Source of the DNA: Octopus bimaculoides
Taxonomy: Eukaryota
Assembly (NCBI RefSeq): GCF_001194135.2
Contig: NC_068985.1
Span: forward strand, 26,732,811 to 26,765,849
DNA length: 33,039 bases
Direction: 5' to 3'
Within the stretch, counting starts at the first letter, position 1. The number at the start of each line of letters is the position of its first letter. Positions 1-9,964 of the stretch are shown here, piece by piece. Both the position numbers and the translations under genes were made by a program. Under the pieces are notes generated by a model. That model made no database searches. It saw only the letters and a list, made by a program, of their open reading frames with translations, and had not been told where the DNA came from.

Positions 1-1
1 A

Positions 2-280
2 TACAGAGTTTGAGTGTGATAGTAGTAGTAGGGGTGTGACATCTTCTCGGATGTACATTGCAACTCCCCCATGACTTCTATCCCTTCTGTCTGTTCGGAG
101 TACGGCATACTCTGGTATATTTATCTCCGCATCTGCTATATTAGGTGTTAGATGCGTTTCGGTAAGCACCATGCATATTGCTTGATTGCATGTTACTAGG
201 TCTTTCAAGTATAGGAACTTGTCTTTGCCGCCTGTTCGTAATAGGCCCCGGATATTCAGTAGGAATATGGGTGTGATATC
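2..280 (-). CDS. LINE ORF2 N-terminus, APE-type endonuclease (CR1/L2-like), partial; runs off left edge
   Basis: Manual minus-strand translation from 280: DITPIFLLNIRGLLRTGGKDKFLYLKDLVTCNQAICMVLTETHLTPNIADAEINIPEYAVLRTDRRDRSHGGVAMYIREDVTPLLLLSHSNSV, no stops. LNIRGL, LTETH and R-x-DR...GGVAMYIR match the APE endonuclease motif order. Confidence 0.85.
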
Positions 281-500
281 TTCGAAACGCTTAGTTTTAG
301 AATGGTGGCAGCTGATGAAAGAAATGTTCTCTATGTGGCCTGTATGTTTTCTGTGCTCTGTCTATGTTTTGTTATTCATTTTGCCCATGTTTTCTTGTGA
401 CGTCCTGTGCCCAGATATGCGTCTATATATACATGTAGATGTAGGTATGTACATACATGTACGTATATATGCATATACTTACATATTATATATACATTAT
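281..500. repeat. Dispersed repeat family copy 1 (cgaaacgctta...gcagctgatgaa...ctctatgtggcctg...gtcctgtrcccagatatgc), decaying into TA/CA microsatellite
   Basis: Clear similarity by eye to 3770-4003. The tail portion recurs inverted near 7850-7920. Confidence 0.8.
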
Positions 501-665
501 TCATATATATATATATATATATGAATGTATATATGTATATGTGTGTGTATGTGTGTGTAGTACAATATATTAAAAGAAAAATATTAAAATAAAATGCGCA
601 GATAAATACATCACACATACATACACACACACACACACATGTACATACGTGCGCGGGCATGCACA
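500..665. repeat. (TA)n/(TG)n/(CA)n microsatellite mosaic
   Basis: Directly visible dinucleotide runs. Confidence 0.9.
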
Positions 666-1454
666 CAAAGCACAAATAACATCCACTTGAATTAGGGTGG
701 ATCAGAGTATTCCTAAGTCAGAGTCTATCAGGAGTGGCGAGGTGGATCTCAGCCACAACATTGGTCCATGGCCCTGAAAATAAAGTGGGTGTCCTTAACT
801 ACCCGTCAGGCCCTCTCCGTTAAAAGAAAAGAACCTCACAACCGCCTTGATTTTTTGTTAAGACTCACCTTCTGGGAAGTATGCGTTCCTTTTGGCCAAA
901 TTTCTCTGGGAAGCTCTTCCCAGAATTCTTCCCACCTTCTACACCTAGCGTTAGAAACTGGTACATCTAAAAGTGTTCCCGAGTCTATTCTGTGTTGAAG
1001 TAAGTGAGAAACATCTCATATACTCCGAGCGTACTTGTTTCACTTCATGACAGACTATAAATGTCTATAAACATTTATAGTCTAACATCATCAGCAGGTC
1101 ATTGAACTATAGTCTGTGATCTGAGTGGCTTTTGAATTCTGTTCTAGTTTTCTCCTCCTCCTCACCTAGAACATCGTTCTTTATGTCTTCCTTCTGGTCA
1201 TTCACTAGATCAATCTGAATTTCATGGGTGTTCCGCACAACCATTGATCTCTCCGTAGAGTAGGGGCTCTGGATATCATTTAATACTTTTGTGTCTACTT
1301 TTTTTTGCCTTTGGATAAGTTTTCCATTCCCCTCCAGACTCCATTTGTGACAACATACAGCAAATAACACGACTAGGCACTGCGTATACCCAAGGCATTT
1401 GATAATGCAGCGAAGGTATGCAATAAAAATAAGTCTGAACAATGATAAGGCTTT

Positions 1455-1642
1455 TATGTTTTACTTGTTTCAGTCATTAGACTGCGGCCATGCTGGGGCA
1501 CGCATTGAAAAATTTTTAGTCGACCCCAGTACTTAGTTACTTTTTAAGCTTGATACTTATTTTATCTTTTGCCGAACTGTTAAGTTATGCGGACGAAAAC
1601 ACACCAACACCAGTTGTTAAGCAGTGGTGGGGGACAAATACA

Positions 1643-1645
<3 letters not shown>
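1455..1645 (-). mobile_element. SINE, 3' portion (family with cagtcattagactgcggccatgctggggcac ... gccgaacygytaagtta)
   Basis: Homologous to 20850-21050 and 14400-14445 (same strand) and to 11165-11345 (opposite strand). Abuts a (CA)n run. Confidence 0.75.
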
Positions 1646-1697
<52 letters not shown>

Positions 1698-1777
1698 NNN
1701 NNNNNNNNNNNNNNNNNNNNNNNNNNNNNNNNNNNNNNNNNNNNNNNNNNNNNNNNNNNNNNNNNNNNNNNNNNNNN
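1646..1777. repeat. (CA)n microsatellite running into assembly gap (N 1698-1777)
   Basis: Visible in sequence. Confidence 0.95.
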
Positions 1778-1789
1778 ATATCTATATTT

Positions 1790-1942
1790 ATACATATGAC
1801 GGGCTTCTTTCAGTTTCCGTCTACCAAATCCACTCACAAGGCTTTGGTTGGCCCGAGGCTATAGCAGAAGACACTTGCCCAAGGTGCCACGCAGTAGGAC
1901 TGAACCTAGAACCACGTCGTTGTGAATCAAGCTTCTTACCGA
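1790..1942 (-). mobile_element. tRNA-derived SINE with CORE-like ccttgggcaag motif
   Basis: Minus strand reads ggtaagaagcttg...ggttctaggttcagtcctactgcgtggcaccttgggcaagtgtcttct...gtgagtggatttggtagacggaaactgaaagaagccc, with a B-box-like segment. Related decayed copies at 5640-5735, 24290-24425 and 24790-24945. Confidence 0.7.
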
Positions 1943-2232
1943 TGGTCAGTAAAATGTATTCTGTCAAAAGTTGCTGGAGCCCTGGGTTTCACCAGTTCTC
2001 TCAGATTCAGGGTTTTGTCCTCCTTGATATATAAACTGTCTGACATTGTTACATTGACATTTATTCCGTGTCACACTGTCAAACTGATGCTGGGTCAAAA
2101 CCTATGTTGTTTCAAGAATTTATAAATCTAAAATTGCTTTAGAAGCAAGGTTAGAAAAACATTCTCAAATATATATATATAAGAGAAATGGAAAATGGAG
2201 ACAAACGCATAAGGTGTTATTTAAATCATTTA

Positions 2233-2322
2233 TATCGTCGACATATGTTTCGATGGATACGTTAAAATTAATCCGGGAGAAGAAATAACGTGGAATAATG
2301 TATCTATTTCATCAGGGAGGAG
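2233..2322 (-). ncRNA. Degenerate type I hammerhead-ribozyme-like motif with long loop II
   Basis: Minus strand: CTGATGA-aatagatac-(39 nt)-gtatccatc-GAAAC-ATAT-GTC. Stem II pairs 7/9, stem III is the palindrome ACATATGT, stem I is imperfect. Confidence 0.5.
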
Positions 2323-2540
2323 ATTATAAATAACAGTGTCCATTAATAAGCCATTTCTTTTCCAGATGTAAGAAATTATAGTATATAATATATAATATAT
2401 GAAAAACAAAAGGTAAATAGAGAACAGTAGTAATTTTAAAATACCGTTAAGATGGTATGTGTGGTTACTAATATCTTATAGTGCTTATCTGACATTTGGC
2501 TATCCTGGTAACTATTTGTCCGGATCTTTCGTTGTCAATT

Positions 2541-2542
<2 letters not shown>

Positions 2543-2590
<48 letters not shown>

Positions 2591-2600
2591 ATGTATGTAT
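2543..2600. repeat. (AC)n/(GTAT)n microsatellite
   Basis: Visible in sequence. Confidence 0.95.
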
Positions 2601-3199
2601 GTATATGTGTGTGTAGTATACCTGTATATACACAGACAAGTTGACACAGACATTAGCACAAGTGCATAAGTTTCTTTAGCACAAATGCAAAATGTTAAGT
2701 AAATAGTGTGAGAAATAACGAAAGTAAGAAAGCGAGCAAGCAGCCCAGAAAGGAAGAAGGGAAGAAAAGAAGAAAGAATGTGAAAAGATGTGAGTAGAAA
2801 AAAAAAGCACAAAAGAGAAAAAAAAAACAAAAACAAATACCACTAAAATTCAAAATAAACAAGAGAAATGTGTAAAGAGAACGAATATATAGCTATAAAT
2901 ATCGAAAGAAGAATTATGATTAACAGGCAAATATTTTTGACGTAATGAAAGTCTGTTCTAACGATTAAGTCAGTTTAATTTGGCTTTTATATTTTTTTCT
3001 TCTGACTGTATCTAGGACTAAAATCTATTAACCTTTTTGATATAAATTTTGTTACGTTTTTCTGGTTCAGATTTTCTCTAGTTCTCTTATGTGTATATTA
3101 TTTGGGCACAGTTGAGATGGAGTTGGCTGAATATATTATATATACATACACGCATACGTAATATATTCCAGAATTTCTCTGTGGATAATCTATAGTTCT

Positions 3200-3712
3200 A
3201 TTCATGAAATATTTACAATGCTGAAAATAGCTGAATTTAGTCACGTTTTCTGTTGATATAGAGTTTGGAATTTGATAGAAACAAAGTAACAACTGATAAC
3301 GGAAAATGTGCTCTCCAGATTTTTGCATCAATAGACTATCTTCCTTCAGCCACACTGAGCACAACGAATATTTAAGCATTGATGAAATATATCATATAAA
3401 GGTGCTGTGAACAAAGAGAGGGTAACCAAAGACTATCAAGCAAGATTAAAAAGGATGTGGCAGTTAGTTTTCATCTTACAACATAATATCCCACAATGCA
3501 TCTTAGTACCATTAACTGATACCAACATTTGGGGTACTTGACTGGTCTGTAGAGAAAATCTGCTCCATTGGCATTAAAATCTGCAAGCTCTTCTTGACAC
3601 CAACTTCAGACTTCCTCGGAAACAGTGATGTCAACAGGTTCTATCTCAGAAGGAAAGAGAAAAGATGAGGCTTACTAAAAGTGCAGACATCTTTTGAGTT
3701 TTTGTAATATAA
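3200..3712 (+). mobile_element. Decayed Dong/R4-type (RLE) LINE fragment: late RT domain and thumb
   Basis: Piecewise translation: LNLVTFSVDIEFG; YLSIDE; NKERVTKDYQARLKRMW; PTFGVLDWSVEKICSIGIKICKLFLT...NSDVNRFYLRRKEKR*GLL. The last matches the W..E...D..TRK...DRLY..R..GGRGL pattern. Many stops and frameshifts. Confidence 0.7.
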
Positions 3713-4065
3713 GTGCACCATACATACATACATACATACATACATACATACATACATACATACATACATTGCCCTAATTCTTCGAGACGCTTAATTTAGA
3801 ATAGGGGCAGCTGATGAAGGAAATATTCTCTATGTGGCCTGTTTGTTTTCTGTGCTCTGTTTATGTTCTGTTTTTCATTTTGTCCAGGTTTTTTTGTGAC
3901 GTCCTGTACCCAGATATGCATCTATATATATACATGCAGATGTAGGTTTGTAATACATGTACGTATATATGCATATACTCACATATTATTTGTATTATTA
4001 CATAGATACATACATACATACATACATACATACATACATACATACATACATACATACATACATGC
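3713..4065. repeat. Dispersed repeat family copy 2 (3770-4003) bracketed by (TACA)n runs
   Basis: Homologous to 281-500. (TACA)n arrays at about 3721-3768 and 4005-4062. Confidence 0.8.
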
Positions 4066-4079
4066 TAAGCATATGCATG

Positions 4080-4840
4080 AGATGAAAATGTGCCTTGACC
4101 TGGTTACAACATTCTCAAAGGATACAGGGTTGGATAAATGTTGCTATATGGTTGTGAAAGGGGGAAAACTGTAAATCAGACTAGCAACATCTCCATCAAT
4201 AACTTAACTGTTTCCCCTTTATCTGACGAGGAATGTTATAGGGGTGGATGAAAACATACCTTACAATAGTACCTGTAACAAAAGAATATTACAGCCGAAT
4301 AAAAAAAAAATTGCAGCCCAAGGATGAGCGTATATGAACAGAAGACCATGCATGGATACGTTAGTAGAAAGCTCCTAGATGATAGTAACGTTGATCATCA
4401 AAGCAGTCTATCCTAGACCAACAACCGGATTACTACCTTCCACTTTGAAGGATATGCGTTTGCAATCCAGGAACAGGAAATATCAAACAAATAGCTGATG
4501 CACAAAAAGGGCCAGAGATACAGTAAAAGCAGTATAGTGTGACAACCGATGCAGATTTTGTGGCGTTAACACCGAAGATATCACACACATCTGCAGTTAC
4601 TCTATCCAGATTACAAGTTCAGGTTTATACCTGTAATTATTGGGGCAGTGGGATATGTGAACAGCACTAGATTAACCATTAAAGAAAATAAGCACGGGGT
4701 TAGGGCATCAAGGGAAGATTGCGCCACAGAAATGGTAAATGGTTTATGGCACAAAAGAAATCATTCTAAACTTGCTAAAATAATATTTCAAGTGGTTTAT
4801 ACGGTCGGAAATATAATTCCGAAGTGTTCATGATGTCATA
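4080..4840 (+). mobile_element. Second decayed Dong/R4-type LINE fragment with internal deletions (RT end, CCHC knuckle, RLE tail)
   Basis: Translates to CLDLVTTFSKDTGLDKC; KTMHGYVSRKL; FEGYAFAIQEQEIS; CDNRCRFCGVNTEDITHI; LYPDYKFRFIPVIIGAVGYV. Confidence 0.75.
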
Positions 4841-5057
4841 GTGAGGGTTTGATTAAAGACTTTGCAATTAAAAAAGTAGGAAAAAACTTCAAATATAAAT
4901 AAAGTGGAAGTTAACAAAAATAAACATTATTTTCCATCTTACAGTTGGTTCTGTTTCGTTTTGAAAAATAAAAATTCACTTTATGGTTTATAATTGTTTA
5001 TATTTTGAGTTATATAAGTATGTGTTGGTCCCCACCAAGTCTTTTAAGTGCTTAGGG

Positions 5058-5124
5058 CAGTGGACTCCCAGTACTACCTTTGCAGACCACCTGGGGTCCG
5101 CGGACCACAGGTTGGGAACCACTG
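5058..5124. mobile_element. 67-bp hAT (Charlie-like) MITE with 8-bp TSD
   Basis: Ends CAGTGGACTCCCA ... TTGGGAACCACTG form an imperfect TIR. Identical flanks GCTTAGGG at 5050-5057 and 5125-5132, with central TA. Confidence 0.9.
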
Positions 5125-5178
5125 GCTTAGGGCATCTATGGATCTTAATCCGGCCGTGACTGAGGATGATTTCAGGAA

Positions 5179-5180
<2 letters not shown>

Positions 5181-5240
<60 letters not shown>
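5181..5240. repeat. (AT)n microsatellite
   Basis: Visible in sequence. Confidence 0.95.
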
Positions 5241-5243
<3 letters not shown>

Positions 5244-5362
5244 ATCCAATCAAGAGTAGAGTGGCGTAATTCGAATGAATAGGAACTGGTATATCCAGGA
5301 ATTGGTATCTCGAAGATCAGTCAGAAGGCTGGGGTCCGTGTGAGCGTGCGGTATATAGTCAA

Positions 5363-5620
5363 TTCAAACATGAACAAGCTAGAAAAAACACGAAAAAACA
5401 CGAAAAAACAAAAACGCGAGGACGTGACCGCGTGTTGGCGATTTTCTTTCTCCGTCTTCCCTTCTTTGGACTTTTCCTATATTTCTGATGAAGAGCTCCG
5501 CTCGAAACGTGAAATCCTCTTTCTTTTCTTTCCTTTCCTGAGCGTCCAATAACACTGTACTTGTTCCACGTCCTCGCGTTGTTGTTTTTTCGTGTTTTTT
5601 CTTGCTTGTTCATGTTTGAA
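5363..5620. mobile_element. Fold-back element, Penelope-pLTR-like, with ~55-64 bp inverted arms
   Basis: Arm 5363-5426 (ttcaaacatgaacaag...aacgcgaggacgtg) is the reverse complement of 5567-5620, apart from one extra cacgaaaaaa unit and a few substitutions. The spacer carries a hammerhead core. Homologous to about 11000-11160. Confidence 0.7.
5481..5515 (+). ncRNA. Minimal type I hammerhead motif with non-cleavable GUG triplet
   Basis: attt-CTGATGA-a-gagc-tcc-gctc-GAAAC-GTG-aaat. Stem I attt/aaat, stem II gagc/gctc. Position 17 is G rather than A/C/U. Confidence 0.65.
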
Positions 5621-5639
5621 CATATATATATATATATAT

Positions 5640-5735
5640 ACAACGGACTTCCGCACAGTTTCCGTCTACAAAATTCACTCACAAAGCATTGGTTGACCGG
5701 AACAACGGTAGAAGTTACTTACCCAAGGTGCTGCG
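5640..5735 (-). mobile_element. Decayed SINE fragment (same family as 1790-1942)
   Basis: Contains cagtttccgtctac-aaattcactcacaaagcattggttgaccgg...ttacccaaggtgctgcg. Confidence 0.65.
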
Positions 5736-6374
5736 TTGTGGGTCTTGTATATATCTATTTATTTCGCTTTGATGGTTGGGTGAAATTACAAGTATTGTCC
5801 TCTCTTCATTTACGTAATTTACATTTGTCTTTCATTTTACATTGTTTTGACCTTAACAAGTTTCTATCTAGTTTAATATTGGACAACCTTTCACCCAAGC
5901 TATTCTAATAAGATTCGTACAATCTTCATGATTATGTACACCTACGCTTTTCTGCAGAATGCCTGGAGAGAGTGGCAGCTGAAGCTTTTTAAAATTTTTC
6001 TTTTGTTTCTTTTCACTATAATTGACAGCACTACAGGATATTATGTGAGGTATAAGCGGAGAAGATCTCTCTCTCACTTTCGGTGTTTGTGGCGGCGGTA
6101 ATGTTGGCAGTAGTGGTGGTCGTCGTGGTGATGGTGTGTAAAGGTAGTGCATGTACATGTATATGTGTGTATCTGTGTGTGTGTATATATACATACACGC
6201 ATATACATACATTCGTACATATATGCTGCAAACAGATATTGCACACACATACGTACAAACATGCATAGATACGCTGTTGAAGTTGATGTTGTTGAAATTC
6301 CAATGACGGAAGTTTGGATTTAGGTTAGAAACCGGCTCTTTCTGTATTGGCAAGACATCTTGAGATAAAAACTG

Positions 6375-6379
<5 letters not shown>

Positions 6380-6446
<67 letters not shown>

Positions 6447-7394
6447 NNNNNNNNNNNNNNNNNNNNNNNNNNNNNNNNNNNNNNNNNNNNNNNNNNNNNN
6501 NNNNNNNNNNNNNNNNNNNNNNNNNNNNNNNNNNNNNNNNNNNNNNNNNNNNNNNNNNNNNNNNNNNNNNNNNNNNNNNNNNNNNNNNNNNNNNNNNNNN
6601 NNNNNNNNNNNNNNNNNNNNNNNNNNNNNNNNNNNNNNNNNNNNNNNNNNNNNNNNNNNNNNNNNNNNNNNNNNNNNNNNNNNNNNNNNNNNNNNNNNNN
6701 NNNNNNNNNNNNNNNNNNNNNNNNNNNNNNNNNNNNNNNNNNNNNNNNNNNNNNNNNNNNNNNNNNNNNNNNNNNNNNNNNNNNNNNNNNNNNNNNNNNN
6801 NNNNNNNNNNNNNNNNNNNNNNNNNNNNNNNNNNNNNNNNNNNNNNNNNNNNNNNNNNNNNNNNNNNNNNNNNNNNNNNNNNNNNNNNNNNNNNNNNNNN
6901 NNNNNNNNNNNNNNNNNNNNNNNNNNNNNNNNNNNNNNNNNNNNNNNNNNNNNNNNNNNNNNNNNNNNNNNNNNNNNNNNNNNNNNNNNNNNNNNNNNNN
7001 NNNNNNNNNNNNNNNNNNNNNNNNNNNNNNNNNNNNNNNNNNNNNNNNNNNNNNNNNNNNNNNNNNNNNNNNNNNNNNNNNNNNNNNNNNNNNNNNNNNN
7101 NNNNNNNNNNNNNNNNNNNNNNNNNNNNNNNNNNNNNNNNNNNNNNNNNNNNNNNNNNNNNNNNNNNNNNNNNNNNNNNNNNNNNNNNNNNNNNNNNNNN
7201 NNNNNNNNNNNNNNNNNNNNNNNNNNNNNNNNNNNNNNNNNNNNNNNNNNNNNNNNNNNNNNNNNNNNNNNNNNNNNNNNNNNNNNNNNNNNNNNNNNNN
7301 NNNNNNNNNNNNNNNNNNNNNNNNNNNNNNNNNNNNNNNNNNNNNNNNNNNNNNNNNNNNNNNNNNNNNNNNNNNNNNNNNNNNNNNNNNNNNN
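6380..7394. other. (AC)n run and assembly gap (N 6447-7394)
   Basis: Visible. ORF-track entries spanning it are artefacts. Confidence 0.95.
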
Positions 7395-8281
7395 TATATT
7401 TATGTATGTTTGCATGCGTGTGCATACATAAATGTATGTGGGTGCGTGTGTGTGTGTGTGTGTGTGCGTGTACTTTAGTATGTTTGAGATAATGGATGCT
7501 ATTATTCTCCGTATTGTTACGCACACAAAAACTATACGTATATTTTGTGTATTTATAGATGTTTTTTTTTCTCTGTATTTTCTTCGTTTTGCGTATGAGA
7601 ATACAAGAATATATGTATGTATAGAATACTTTCATACCGATGTTACGACTTTATCTTTTCTCTCTCTGTCTCTTTTCTCTTCCCTCCCTCTCTTCCGTGT
7701 GCATATGTGTGAGTGTGTATGTATTCATGTGTGCATGTTTGTGTGTGTGTATGTGTGTGTGTGTCAGTGTCTGTAACTATGTCTCCCACTCTGTTAGAGC
7801 GTCTAAATATGCATACACACACATACATATATACACACATATGCATATATAAGTGTATGTACATGAATATATATATATAAACAATATATGAGTATATGCA
7901 TATATATGTACATGTATATATATATATACATATATATATATACCTTCTTGTGTTGTTTTTTTCCGTTCATTGCATTTATAACATAACATACATACATGCG
8001 TACATACAAACATACGTACACACACACACACAAACGCACACACACACACACACATATATATATACATACACACACAGACACATACACACACACACACGCA
8101 CAAACACACACACACACACACACATATACATATACATACGCACACAGACACACACACACATATACACACATATATATGCATTCATATACGCGCGCTCGCA
8201 CGCTCCTTCGTACGTATGTTCAAGTATGCAACGTCTTTTTTTTTCTTTTTTTCTTCTTGTTTGCTTTATGTGGTCTCTCTC

Positions 8282-8330
<49 letters not shown>
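7395..8330. repeat. Compound (TG)/(CA)/(TA)/(CT) microsatellite field
   Basis: Visible. Explains the VCVC/THTH/YIYI ORFs. Confidence 0.9.
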
Positions 8331-8843
8331 GATTTCCCTGCCCCCTATCCACACCCTCATTCGCTATGTTTCCGAATGTCTATGTATATGCATGTCTCAA
8401 AAGGAATACAACCTAAAGACGTCTACCTGTTTCAATAATTAGATTACATTGCCATGTCACACACGTCTATATTTAACATACTATTATTCATCGGGTGCGA
8501 GCCGGTTGGGTGGCGGTCGAGGTGAGCTAAAAGAGAATAGAGTTTAGGATTAGTCGACTTATAAAGAGAGTGGTGAGCGCAGCCTCTGCCGCATTCTTAC
8601 TAACTTACTTAGCTTGCAAGATTATTTATTAGTTTTGTGTGCAAGTAGTTTAATGTGATATTCATATAATTCCGACACATTCCATACCAGTTGCATGAAA
8701 CTGAACAGTTAGCCGAGGAGGTGGCAAGAAAATCGTTAGCAACAGATAACCTAAGAAAATTAGTGAGAGCTTTCAACACCTAGACATTATAGAAACGGTT
8801 TGTTGTTAGTTCGTAGACAATTCGAACCATTTGCAACATATAA

Positions 8844-9079
8844 ATAAATGATAAATGCGCCCTTTTAAAGCTTAGCCAGGCTCATGGGTCCGGTTTCCCG
8901 GTTTCAATGGTGCATGTGTTTTCCAGCTGGATTTCTCATTTTTGCCAGCTGAGTGGACTGGAGCAACGTGAAATGAAGTGTTTTGCTCAAGGACACAACG
9001 AGTCACCCGGTCCAGGAATCGAAACCACAATCTTACGATCATGGTACTGACACCCTAACCACTAGGCCATGCGCCTCCA
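8844..9079 (-). mobile_element. tRNA-derived SINE with 16-bp TSD
   Basis: Minus-strand head gtggaggcgcatggcctagtggttagggtgtc...gtggtttcgattcctggaccggg contains A and B boxes. Perfect direct repeat CATTTGCAACATATAA at 8828-8843 and 9080-9095. Confidence 0.9.
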
Positions 9080-9236
9080 CATTTGCAACATATAACTCAA
9101 ACAAAATAACATTAATGCCACCGTTTATGCAAAATTGTTTAGCAACAGGTGGTTTTTAAAACGAACGAAAAGCTTTCGAAAATTTTGCGATGGTTAAAAT
9201 GACGGACCAAAATTAGTTAATCCTTAAAATCATGCT

Positions 9237-9238
<2 letters not shown>

Positions 9239-9316
<78 letters not shown>

Positions 9317-9352
9317 GAGAGAGAGAGGGGGGGAGAAAGTGAGAGAGAGAAC
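9239..9352. repeat. (GA)n microsatellite
   Basis: Visible in sequence. Confidence 0.95.
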
Positions 9353-9596
9353 TAAGCAGGAAATCGCTATACTGTAGCTGATATCAATGAGATATCTTCC
9401 ACACTAGTGCTTCCCAACATGGAATACTAAAATTCATTTCAGAGGGTGCAAGAAAGAAGTTCTGAGTAATTAGGAATTCTTTTCAAAAATACACTTCTTT
9501 TTTTTCACTTTTCAAGATGGCATGACGTGATTTGAGGGAGATTTTGCTGCTCTGTCTAGCAAATTGAGTGATCACGTAGTGATCAAATTGAGTGAT

Positions 9597-9642
9597 CCTT
9601 TAACCCTACGTTTTTCGTTAACGAAAAACGTAGGGTTAAAGG
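9597..9642. repeat. Perfect 46-bp palindrome
   Basis: cctttaaccctacgtttttcgtt|aacgaaaaacgtagggttaaagg: 23-bp arms, no spacer. Confidence 0.95.
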
Positions 9643-9964
9643 AAAAGTGAGAAATGTGATTCTATGACGTTCAACCCTTTTTATTGGTAACTTCGTTGAA
9701 GTGGAATGACCGCATGTTATTCGCATTTAAATAGCCTTTCTATTGTTGAAGGCCACAAACAATATTTTTTCACATCCAACACTTACGTAGTACGACTCAA
9801 AATTAGGTGACACTATTTTTATCGTATTGGTTTGTTTGAATGATAGTTTGAATTTGTTGGACTAAGCAGACAGAATTGTATTTTAATAATTGATTACTAC
9901 ACAAAATACTTGAATTACTATATACGTTGTCCAGCTTTACTAAACATGTTATATGTTGAGCAAG

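Noticed and set aside
281-320. GAAAC...CTGATGA in permuted (type II-like) order in the dispersed repeat, also at 3780-3820
   Set aside because: Stem I does not form, stem II pairs poorly, and copy 2 has GAGAC. Not supportable as a hammerhead without a family consensus.
4225-4235. CTGACGA motif
   Set aside because: Lies in LINE coding sequence (SDEEC), with no paired GAAA or stems.
5868-7635. Long ORFs of 552 and 436 aa; likewise 20983-22057, 13796-14311, 10787-11030, 1550-2034 and 29883-30178
   Set aside because: Open only because they cross N gaps and dinucleotide repeats.
7432-8442. Many overlapping VCVC/THTH/YIYI ORFs (also 376-675, 20000-20386, 27002-27640, 27757-28116)
   Set aside because: Translations of microsatellites; not credible proteins.
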